A stretch of DNA of 64,000 nt from Desulfurococcaceae archaeon (lineage in GTDB: Archaea; Thermoproteota; Thermoprotei_A; Sulfolobales; Desulfurococcaceae): NCBI GenBank assembly GCA_038823915.1, contig JAWBBY010000002.1, positions 49,519 to 113,518 of the forward strand, read 5' to 3'. The notes below the pieces were generated by a model. It saw only the letters and a list, made by a program, of their open reading frames with translations, was not told the origin of the DNA and searched no databases. Both the position numbers and the translations under genes were made by a program. Positions 56,488 to 64,000 of the stretch are shown piece after piece (the first letter of the stretch is position 1; every line of letters begins with the position of its first letter).

Positions 56488-57287
56488 CCTGTAATCACGA
56501 ATAAATAAGTTATATAACCGCTGGATTCTAAATACTCGTATTCTACAGTTTCTAGATCAAGATAAATCGTTAAATCCACAATTGTAGGTATAGATAAGCC
56601 GCCACGATATCTATAAACATACCTTATATTCACCTGACTTCCAGGATTCAGAATAATAGCGTCTTCTGGGAAACGATCTATTTGTTCAAAGTAATCGTCT
56701 ATATATTCTTTACTAATATAATTTATGAATGATAGATTTATACGAGCAGGGTTTACAATTACTCCTTTATTCATCCTATTACTAATTACGAGAGTGATTT
56801 CGAAAGTAGAGCCCGTAATGATCTTCGTAGTGTTAACTAATATTAATTTATCTATTGGAGCCTGCGTTTTAGATAGTATATCGAATACGTTTCCTCTCAT
56901 TGTAGTGATCTTTATAGATAGTATTTCGGATAAATCGTATTTTAATGTAAGATTTATTCTACTAATGGACCCTAATGGTACTGTATAGGAAACGTTGTAT
57001 TTGTATACTGTGAGATTTCTAAGAACCAATATAATGTTATTAACTAAGATATCGACTTCTCCTCTATTGTATATGTAGAGGGTTAAAATCCACGAATCAT
57101 TATTTTTCCTAACAATATAATCTACATTAATGGATTCCCTCGCCTTATCGATCATCAAGGACATATTGTTTAGAGCGTAACCGCTTAATCTCGATTGCCT
57201 AATCATAGTATTCACTAAGAAGAAAATACTCGTAAATATCATTGAAACAGTTATGATCGCAGCAATATAGTTAGAAATAGCTTTCAC
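56484..57287 (-). CDS. Type IV pilin-like / archaellum accessory-like protein with class III signal-peptide-like N-terminus
   Basis: The N-terminal MKA-ISNYIAAIITVSMIFTSIFFL (short basic leader then a long hydrophobic helix) is followed by a beta-rich domain with sequons. It overlaps the upstream gene by 4 nt. Confidence 0.45.
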   Translation of the reverse strand: MKAISNYIAAIITVSMIFTSIFFLVNTMIRQSRLSGYALNNMSLMIDKARESINVDYIVRKNNDSWILTLYIYNRGEVDILVNNIILVLRNLTVYKYNVSYTVPLGSISRINLTLKYDLSEILSIKITTMRGNVFDILSKTQAPIDKLILVNTTKIITGSTFEITLVISNRMNKGVIVNPARINLSFINYISKEYIDDYFEQIDRFPEDAIILNPGSQVNIRYVYRYRGGLSIPTIVDLTIYLDLETVEYEYLESSGYITYLFVITG

Positions 57288-57775
57288 AACCCACCACCTC
57301 TAATGACCTTAAGATTAATTTCAATCATTCTTCTAGATTCAGTAATCAAAATTGTTTTTACAAGGGAACCAGGCGGAAAACCGATCTCGGGTTTAGTAAT
57401 ATATAATTTTAAGTAACTCACTCTACCTGGAGGAATCCTATGATTAAGTTTGAAAACTTCAGTAATTATAGAACCATTTATGAAAACACCGTAAATTCTA
57501 ACTTCCTTTATAGTTATATCGTAATCACCGTAGTTATACAGAATTATCAAAACCTCTTTATGTGTTAAATTTATTAATCTAATATACCCATCTACAAAAC
57601 CAATTTTTTCCCCAATTCTTCTCCAAGCTTGTTCTTCGAGCTCCATTAAACCAACTTGTTGTACTCTCGTTTGTTGAATGAATTGTCTATAAACAATATA
57701 ACCAGCAACTATAGCCACACCTATAAGCATAATTACACTTATTGATTCAGCAATTAATTTTAATCTCTTAGTCAA
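57284..57775 (-). CDS. Type IV pilin-like / FlaF-FlaG-like protein
   Basis: N-terminal KRLKLIAESISVIMLIGVAIVAGYIVY, then a beta-sandwich-like domain of about 120 aa. It is divergent from the FlaJ-like gene. Confidence 0.45.
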   Translation of the reverse strand: MTKRLKLIAESISVIMLIGVAIVAGYIVYRQFIQQTRVQQVGLMELEEQAWRRIGEKIGFVDGYIRLINLTHKEVLIILYNYGDYDITIKEVRIYGVFINGSIITEVFKLNHRIPPGRVSYLKLYITKPEIGFPPGSLVKTILITESRRMIEINLKVIRGGGL

Positions 57776-57899
57776 ACACCAACACCGAAACTACAAGTTG
57801 AATAAAAATCCTTTTACCTTTTTAAGAGATATAAGTTTTATACCTTATTTAATACATGCATTTAAACTTATTACCAACTATAGGGTTAATATTTAATGA

Positions 57900-60386
57900 A
57901 TGGTGATTTTAATCTTGAGTATTTTTAAGAAAATACGTTTCTTCAAGAAAAAAGAGACGAAAGAAGTTGGTGAAACTGAAACTAAACCACAAGTTTCTGA
58001 AGAAGCGGGGAAAGAGAAACGATTTAAATTGAGAATAGAATTCCCCAAAATATTTGCGAAGAAGCGGGAGAAACCTGTTGAGGAGAAACCATCTCCGGTT
58101 AAAGAAGCTAAACCTCGAATAGCTTTAAAGTTATCGAAACCAGAAACTAAACCGGTTAAAGAGAGAGGTATTCTTACACGTGAAGTATATAAATCAGTAA
58201 TAATGCTATCAATAGAAGGATTCGTGTTCGGTTCATTAGTAGCTTTCCTACTATACATTGTTTTAACGGGTTTTGCTAAATCAAAACTTATTCTAGACAT
58301 ATCTAATCTATTCATGTTGGATAATTACATAGTTCTACTAATCGTTCTCGTACCGCTGGGAATATCGATTGGAGTGTTGGGAATAGATCTGATATTCAAA
58401 TCACAGAGAGGTATAGGCTTACTCTCCGTAATGAGTAGAAGAGGTAGAACCGTTAGGACAGAGACCAGATTACCAACTGTTCATCCTGGAAGAATAGTTT
58501 TAGCTGGAGTTTCAATGCTTATACCTTTATCTGGATTACTAATACTATATCTGTATCAAGGCTACCCATTCGCGCCTGCAATAGGTTCGGTTGTTCTAGG
58601 TATTGGCATGGCTATTTCTCTCTATTTATTCGCAACTTCTCTGAAACCAGCTCCTCCACTACCATGGTATGCTGCTTTGGCGGTTGAATCTAAGAGTATA
58701 AGTATTGAAGAATCTCGTAAATTAGCTCAATTAATTAAAGTTGCTGGTATAACTGCATCGCCATCTCTAATCATAGCGAAATACTATGCTTTAACAATAA
58801 TATCTATCATAATTACAGTAGCCGTATCTATCTTAGTATCGGTATCCATATTTTATGGAACAATAGCACCAGACGTTGGAATTGCAATTATATTCATGTT
58901 CTCACTTATAATAATAGCTTCAATGTATTACCCATATTTGAAATTCAATCAAATAAAAAACGATAGGAAAAGAGCTGTTGAGAGAGAACTACCGTTTTTC
59001 GCAATGTACTCCAGTATTATGCAAACAGCTGGATTTAACGTAGATAAAGCTTTCGAAAGAATGATCGGTAATAAGCTGTTCCCAGGTATAGATCGGGAAG
59101 CCAGAATACTCATTAGAGACATAAGGCTCGGTACAGATCCCTTGGAAGCTCTCACTAAATTAGCACTAGATCATCCGAGTAAGAAGTTCAAAGACTTTAT
59201 ATTCGGCTATACATCTGTTTTGAGAAGCGGTTGGAATACACAATCATATTTATCGATGAGAATTAGAGAATATACGCAGGAAATGAAGTTCAACTGGAGA
59301 CAATATGTTGAGAGAGCCGGCGGTATTGGAGAGATGCTTGTAACACTATTCCTAATGACTACAACTTTATTCGTTCTCATAGCTGTTGTTTTACCCTATG
59401 GTATTGAGAATATGATGAATATATTCAATTTCCTACTACTACCAATAGTTGCTGTAGTAATGATTCAAACTATAGATGCTTTAATACCGCAACCTAAGAT
59501 TAGGGATTACTATAAGACTAATATATTTATAGTTGCTGGAATACCTTTAGTATCATTAATCGTTATAAGCATGGTTTTGCCACAAGACCCTAATTATCCA
59601 ATGTATCTTCTAGGTTCATTTATAGTATCGATTCTTCTAGCTTTAGGTATAGATTTTCAAGTTCAGAGAGCTGAGATTAGAGGAATAGAATCTGCATTAC
59701 CGGAATTCCTGAGAGATATAACTGAGTATAGAAAAATCGGTTTCCCAATGCTTAGAGCAATATTCATGATCAAAGATACTAATAGAAGGTATAACAAGTA
59801 TTTTGATAGGTTGCTAAACGTTATTGTTGCTCAACTCAGAGCAGGTGTTAGATTAAATAAAGTTAAAGTTCCGACAAGGTCTTGGTTAGGAGTATTCGTA
59901 TTCTGGCTACTCGGTGAAGTAGAAGATACTGGTGGTGGAACTCCAGCTCTACTCGAGGAGTTCACTAACTTAATAACCGAACTTCTCGATTCCCGTGAAA
60001 CCGCTAGGAAGCAGTTGAGATTATATGATGTTTTAACATTCATAACGCCTGTTTTCCTCATAATATTCGTAGCTATTGGTGCAGCTATTAGTAAAATGAT
60101 CGAATTCGTTACCGGAGAACAAGCTGGAGCTATGGAAACTCTACGTAGGGAGCTTGGAGGAGTTGAAATGCCGATAATGTTGAGACCAGCTTATGAAGCT
60201 ATCAGGTATGCTCAAATGAGTGTTTTAGTCGCTAGTTTAATGTTATCGTTAACTATGACTAAAGCAGTAGATCTCACTCCTAGAAATACCGTTAGACCAG
60301 CAATTATATTATCGTTAGCAATAGTTATGGTTGCATTAACCGATATGATTGCTAATATGTTTGTGAAAATGGTTGGTGTATCGTAG
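57900..60386 (+). CDS. FlaJ/ArlJ/TadC-like type IV filament membrane platform protein with a long N-terminal extension
   Basis: Two T2SS-F-like cytoplasmic domains (ERELPFFAMYSSIMQTAGFNVDKAFERM...DPLEAL...PS..FKDF; IESALPEFLRDITEYRKIGFPMLRAIF), each followed by TM helices. They are preceded by about 340 extra residues, including a K/E/P-rich segment (KKKETKEVGETETKPQVSEEAGKEK...KPVEEKPSPVKEAKP) and extra TM helices. Confidence 0.7.
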   Translation: MVILILSIFKKIRFFKKKETKEVGETETKPQVSEEAGKEKRFKLRIEFPKIFAKKREKPVEEKPSPVKEAKPRIALKLSKPETKPVKERGILTREVYKSVIMLSIEGFVFGSLVAFLLYIVLTGFAKSKLILDISNLFMLDNYIVLLIVLVPLGISIGVLGIDLIFKSQRGIGLLSVMSRRGRTVRTETRLPTVHPGRIVLAGVSMLIPLSGLLILYLYQGYPFAPAIGSVVLGIGMAISLYLFATSLKPAPPLPWYAALAVESKSISIEESRKLAQLIKVAGITASPSLIIAKYYALTIISIIITVAVSILVSVSIFYGTIAPDVGIAIIFMFSLIIIASMYYPYLKFNQIKNDRKRAVERELPFFAMYSSIMQTAGFNVDKAFERMIGNKLFPGIDREARILIRDIRLGTDPLEALTKLALDHPSKKFKDFIFGYTSVLRSGWNTQSYLSMRIREYTQEMKFNWRQYVERAGGIGEMLVTLFLMTTTLFVLIAVVLPYGIENMMNIFNFLLLPIVAVVMIQTIDALIPQPKIRDYYKTNIFIVAGIPLVSLIVISMVLPQDPNYPMYLLGSFIVSILLALGIDFQVQRAEIRGIESALPEFLRDITEYRKIGFPMLRAIFMIKDTNRRYNKYFDRLLNVIVAQLRAGVRLNKVKVPTRSWLGVFVFWLLGEVEDTGGGTPALLEEFTNLITELLDSRETARKQLRLYDVLTFITPVFLIIFVAIGAAISKMIEFVTGEQAGAMETLRRELGGVEMPIMLRPAYEAIRYAQMSVLVASLMLSLTMTKAVDLTPRNTVRPAIILSLAIVMVALTDMIANMFVKMVGVS

Positions 60387-60390
60387 AATA

Positions 60391-60678
60391 TTAGAAGTAA
60401 TCGCTATTATCATCAACATCATTCTCTAAAAACTTTTTTCTTATAGCTCTATAAACATGATAATCTCTAATGTGTTGTATGAGGTCTTCGAAAGAGTAGA
60501 AGAATATTAATTTGGGTTCATAACGCTCACTATTCTCTTCATCAAGACAAGTTATTGCTGCATTAACACATATTGGACACGCAATCATTTTAGTAATTCT
60601 ATCTCTACATGTCCTAACAACTATACCGTGTGATTCAACAATAATTTTCTCCCAACGAGGCTCCCAAGAGAAACTCAT
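60391..60678 (-). CDS. Small C2H2-like zinc-finger protein
   Basis: CPICV... followed by LIQHIRDYH (CxxC...HxxxxH). 95 aa. Confidence 0.45.
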   Translation of the reverse strand: MSFSWEPRWEKIIVESHGIVVRTCRDRITKMIACPICVNAAITCLDEENSERYEPKLIFFYSFEDLIQHIRDYHVYRAIRKKFLENDVDDNSDYF

Positions 60679-60688
60679 ACCGGGTCTC

Positions 60689-61135
60689 TCAATAAATTAC
60701 CTCTACTTCACGAAACCCATCTTCACTCTCATTCACTACAATAGCCTCATTCTCTATTAATTTACTCGATTTACCTAACCTATCCATAATTGCATTTATA
60801 AAATCACTTCTATTAGGAACCCTACCGATGAACATTAATTTACCATTAATGTATACCTGAGGCAAATCTATAGCTTGTAAAGCGTATTCCTGGTTAAACC
60901 ATACATGTATGGGTTCTACTTCTACGAAAATATTCTTATCCAAAAGCTCTTCAGCAACAGATAGTGCGAGTTCAAGAATTTTCTCGCTCTCCTCGCTGAA
61001 ATCGAGAAGTAGCGTTACTTGAACAACACTATAGTTTAGCTGAACATCATCTAAATCTTCTTCAACCATATTAAACACCATTAGTATCGTTAGAAAAGAT
61101 TCTCTTAAAACAAGTTTACCCAAGTTATACAACAT
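60689..61135 (-). CDS. Hypothetical thioredoxin-fold-like protein lacking a CxxC
   Basis: LPQVYINGKLMFIGRVP resembles the glutaredoxin beta3-beta4 region. No redox cysteines. The start is probably the internal Met (MVEEDL). Confidence 0.4.
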   Translation of the reverse strand: MLYNLGKLVLRESFLTILMVFNMVEEDLDDVQLNYSVVQVTLLLDFSEESEKILELALSVAEELLDKNIFVEVEPIHVWFNQEYALQAIDLPQVYINGKLMFIGRVPNRSDFINAIMDRLGKSSKLIENEAIVVNESEDGFREVEVIY

Positions 61136-61197
61136 TGAACACTAATGGTTTAAATTCTGTTGACTAACATAAAGTTAAATTTCGAAATAAATAATCA

Positions 61198-61788
61198 ATG
61201 CTTAATCCAGTACAGACCCCTAAGTTGATGGATATGATGATCGAAATAAGATGGCATGGTAGAGGAGGTCAAGGAGTATGGACTGCTAGCAATTTGCTAG
61301 CAGTATCTGCATCTAGTGAAGGGAAATACGTCCAGAGCTTCCCAGCTTTCGGGCCGGAGAGAAGTGGAGCTCCTGTTCTAGCTTTTACTAGGATCAGCGA
61401 TGAACCGATCGATATTCATTCTATGATATATGAACCAGACGTTGTCGTTGTTCTCGATGAAACTCTTGTTTCACCAAATATTGTGAAGGGATTGAAGAAG
61501 GGGGGTGTAGTCATAACTAATTTTACCGGAACTAAGGATGAGCTTCTCGGTAAATTGGGAGGTGGTGATTACACTATGTATGTTTGTCCAGCTTCTAAAC
61601 TAGCTTTAGAAATCCTCGGTAGAGGAATTACTAATACCGCTATGGTTGGCGCGTTTCTAAAAGCGGTAAACATTGTTAAATTAGAAACAGTTATTGAGAA
61701 TGTTAGGAAATGGTTTAAACCAGGTGTTGCTGAGAAGAACGTTGAACTTGTTAGAAAAGCGTATGAATTAACATCTAGGGTGGTTTGA
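61198..61788 (+). CDS. 2-oxoacid:ferredoxin oxidoreductase gamma subunit (POR/VOR type)
   Basis: IRWHGRGGQGVWTASNLLA and FPAFGPERSGAPV blocks. It is the first gene of a gamma-delta-alpha-beta operon. Confidence 0.8.
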   Translation: MLNPVQTPKLMDMMIEIRWHGRGGQGVWTASNLLAVSASSEGKYVQSFPAFGPERSGAPVLAFTRISDEPIDIHSMIYEPDVVVVLDETLVSPNIVKGLKKGGVVITNFTGTKDELLGKLGGGDYTMYVCPASKLALEILGRGITNTAMVGAFLKAVNIVKLETVIENVRKWFKPGVAEKNVELVRKAYELTSRVV

Positions 61789-61789
61789 A

Positions 61790-62077
61790 TTGAGTGAACC
61801 ACGAGGTTGGAAAAACCTACCTTTAGGTGCATTACCCTATAAGTTGTCTCTCGAGTATAAAACTGGTGATTGGAGAGCTGAGAGACCCGTTATTGATTAT
61901 ACTAAATGTACCAGATGCTTAATATGCTGGCTCTTCTGCCCGGAGCCCGCAATTGTTTGGGATGGTAGTAATGTTATGATCGATTACGATTACTGTAAAG
62001 GCTGCGGTATATGCGCGTATGAATGCCCTGTTAAAGCAATATCTATGGTTCCAGAGTATAGAGGTGGTTCTGGATGA
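61790..62077 (+). CDS. 2-oxoacid:ferredoxin oxidoreductase delta subunit (2x[4Fe-4S] ferredoxin-like)
   Basis: Two cluster motifs, CTRCLICWLFCP and CKGCGICAYECP. Confidence 0.85.
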   Translation: MSEPRGWKNLPLGALPYKLSLEYKTGDWRAERPVIDYTKCTRCLICWLFCPEPAIVWDGSNVMIDYDYCKGCGICAYECPVKAISMVPEYRGGSG

Positions 62078-63318
62078 TACCGAAAGTTCCTCTAGATAAA
62101 CAGATCCGATTAAATGTTAATGGAGATGAAGCTGTTGCTTATGCTGCTAAACAATGTTTAATTGATGTTGTAGCCGCGTATCCTATTACTCCACAAACTA
62201 TTATTGTTGAGAAATTCTCGGAATTCGTAGCTAACGGTGAAGTTCACACAGAGTTTATAGCTGTAGAATCGGAGCATTCGGCTATGAGTGCATGTATTGG
62301 TGCTGCAGCTGCTGGTGCTAGAGCATTTACATCAACATCAGCTCAGGGTTTAGCTTTAATGGTTGAGACGCTCTACATAGCTTCTGGTTTGAGATTACCG
62401 ATAGTTATGGCTCTGGTTAATAGAGCGCTCTCTGCTCCGATAAACATTCATTGCGACCACAGCGATGCTTACTTAATGAGAGATTCCGGTTGGATCCAAT
62501 TGTTTGTAGAGAACGTTCAGGAAGCATACGATACTACAATACAAGCGTTCAGAATCGGTGAGGATGAAAGAGTACAATTACCTGTAGCCGTTAATCTAGA
62601 TGGTTTCTTCCTAAGTCATACTATGGAGAACATATATATACTACCAGACGATGTTGTTCACGAATTTATAGGAGGATACCGTAAACCACCCGTTGTTAAA
62701 ATCGATTATCTAAATAAAGAAGTGTCTTATCAATTGAATCCAGCATATCCGTTGACGATAGGACCTCTAGATCTCTACGACTACTACTTTGAACACAAGA
62801 TTCCCCAAATCATAGCAATGGAGAATGCTTTAAGTGTTATTAAAGAAGTTAATGAAGAATGGTTTGCCTTAACCGGTAGGAGATATGGTAATGGATTAAT
62901 TGAAACAACATATGTTGAAGATGCTGATGTAATTATAGTGATTATGGGTAGCTCAGCTGGAACCGTGAAACAGGTTGTGAAAAAGAGGAGAGGTAGAGGC
63001 GAGAAAATAGGTGTCGTTAGGATCAGGTCTTTCAGACCATTCCCATACAATGATGTTGCTGAAACATTGAGAAACGCGAAAGTAATTGTTGTTATGGATA
63101 GGGGATTAAGCTTCGGTAGCTTTGGTCCACTATATTTAGAGATTAACGCTTCTATTTCAGACCTGAGCGTGAAACCGATGTTGTTAAACTACATTTATGG
63201 TTTAGGGGGTAGAGATCTTTCTCCAGAAATGATTGAGAGAGTTATCGATGAAGCTACTGATGTTTTGAAGAGAGGTGTTATTCCGAGAAAAATAAGTTTC
63301 GTAGGTGTTAGGGAATGA
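62074..63318 (+). CDS. 2-oxoacid:ferredoxin oxidoreductase alpha subunit
   Basis: [10 protein letters not shown]......[36 protein letters not shown] and later domain III blocks. It overlaps the delta stop by 4 nt. Confidence 0.85.
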   Translation: MIPKVPLDKQIRLNVNGDEAVAYAAKQCLIDVVAAYPITPQTIIVEKFSEFVANGEVHTEFIAVESEHSAMSACIGAAAAGARAFTSTSAQGLALMVETLYIASGLRLPIVMALVNRALSAPINIHCDHSDAYLMRDSGWIQLFVENVQEAYDTTIQAFRIGEDERVQLPVAVNLDGFFLSHTMENIYILPDDVVHEFIGGYRKPPVVKIDYLNKEVSYQLNPAYPLTIGPLDLYDYYFEHKIPQIIAMENALSVIKEVNEEWFALTGRRYGNGLIETTYVEDADVIIVIMGSSAGTVKQVVKKRRGRGEKIGVVRIRSFRPFPYNDVAETLRNAKVIVVMDRGLSFGSFGPLYLEINASISDLSVKPMLLNYIYGLGGRDLSPEMIERVIDEATDVLKRGVIPRKISFVGVRE

Positions 63319-64000
63319 GTGCTCCACCGGTTTCAACCATAATTGATAAAGAAAAGTATTATAGGATCTGGGTTTTCGAACCAGGAGCCAAATCCGATTC
63401 ACCATTAATATTCAACCTTAGAGAATTAGCATCTAAGAAAACCCCCGCTATACTACCTGGACATAGGTTATGCGCTGGCTGTGCAGCATCAATTATTGTT
63501 AAATTAGCGAGCTTTGCTTTCCGAGGACCAACTATTGTTGTATCACCAACGGGTTGTTTAGAAGTATCAACATCTGTATTCCCATATACAAGCTGGGCAG
63601 TCCCCTGGATACATAATGCGTTCGAAAACGCTGCAGCAACAGCTTCGGGAATCGAAGCATCTATAAAAGCTTTGAAGAAAACTGGAAGGATCAAGTATGA
63701 GCACGTTGATATAGTTGTTTTCGCAGGTGATGGAGGGACATACGATATCGGTTTACAAGCATTGAGCGGTGCTTTCGAGAGAGGACACGATTTCCTATAC
63801 ATTCTCTATGATAACGAGGCGTATATGAATACGGGTATTCAGAGGAGTGGAGGTACACCAAAATATGCTTGGACAACCACTACGCCCGTAGGTAGGGTTC
63901 AACCAGGTAAACTTGAACATAGAAAACCTATTGCTGAAATAATGGTTGCTCATAAAGCTAAGTATGTTGCAACAGCAACTCCAGCGCATTGGGTAGACCT
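63315..64000 (+). CDS. 2-oxoacid:ferredoxin oxidoreductase beta subunit (TPP-binding), 3' end beyond the window
   Basis: Absent from the track (no stop in the window). The ATG at 63315 overlaps the alpha stop (ATGA). My translation is [19 protein letters not shown]...[15 protein letters not shown]...SPTGC...[43 protein letters not shown], i.e. the Cys ligands and the GDG-x-DIG...N TPP motif. Confidence 0.85.
   Translation, partial: MSAPPVSTIIDKEKYYRIWVFEPGAKSDSPLIFNLRELASKKTPAILPGHRLCAGCAASIIVKLASFAFRGPTIVVSPTGCLEVSTSVFPYTSWAVPWIHNAFENAAATASGIEASIKALKKTGRIKYEHVDIVVFAGDGGTYDIGLQALSGAFERGHDFLYILYDNEAYMNTGIQRSGGTPKYAWTTTTPVGRVQPGKLEHRKPIAEIMVAHKAKYVATATPAHWVD

Noticed and set aside
1000-63989. 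About 45 ORFs of 60-180 aa in the supplied track that lie antisense to, or out of frame within, larger well-supported genes. Examples: 1000..1191+, 4794..5303+, 6344..6622+, 11494..11961-, 16393..16677-, 17125..17469-, 17466..17855-, 24241..24792+, 32573..32914-, 36024..36347+, 42104..42451+, 57893..58315-, 63359..63802-.
   Set aside because: Each is fully embedded in a gene with clear family motifs on the other strand or frame. Their products are low-complexity (S/T/L/I/P-rich) with no recognisable motifs. These are typical shadow ORFs.
1-64000. Screen for CRISPR arrays, rRNA, complete tRNAs, IS elements, integrases, inteins and toxin-antitoxin pairs.
   Set aside because: I saw no regularly spaced direct repeats, no transposase or integrase motifs, and no other GC-rich structured islands apart from 46147..46211. 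No gene has an intein-sized insertion.

Overview
Visibly AT-rich, very gene-dense archaeal chromosome segment with about 70 protein genes, short spacers and many overlapping or 1-4 nt gene junctions. The gene content looks crenarchaeal and hyperthermophile-like. It includes a Sulfolobus-type single-OB SSB, a short-form XPF with HhH2, and HMG-CoA synthase plus a DUF35 protein. It also includes AglH, WecB, an Lhr helicase, a four-subunit 2-oxoacid:ferredoxin oxidoreductase, an Opp/Dpp-type ABC transporter, three radical SAM enzymes, panE/panB, deoC and speE. This fits a low-GC member of the Desulfurococcales (Staphylothermus-like), but I cannot verify that without a search. I recognised no rRNA, CRISPR array, transposase or integrase. 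The supplied track misses two edge-truncated genes, a maltokinase-like kinase at 1-1472 (-) and the oxidoreductase beta subunit at 63315-64000 (+). It also misses one RNA feature. The most notable observations are: (1) a stand-alone 3' half of tRNA-Lys(CUU) with a GC-rich leader and no 5' half in the window, a candidate split/trans-spliced tRNA gene; (2) an in-frame TGA plus an open, start-less 28-codon spacer between a Nop2/Sun m5C RNA methyltransferase and a Nip7-like PUA protein; (3) a multiply disrupted hyuA next to an intact hyuB; (4) an ssb-coupled PqqD-like protein followed by a transglutaminase-like protein; (5) a FlaJ/TadC-like platform protein with a long N-terminal extension and two pilin-like neighbours but no ATPase. 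Most other ORFs in the track are antisense shadows of real genes. All functional calls rest on motif recognition by eye, not on database searches.
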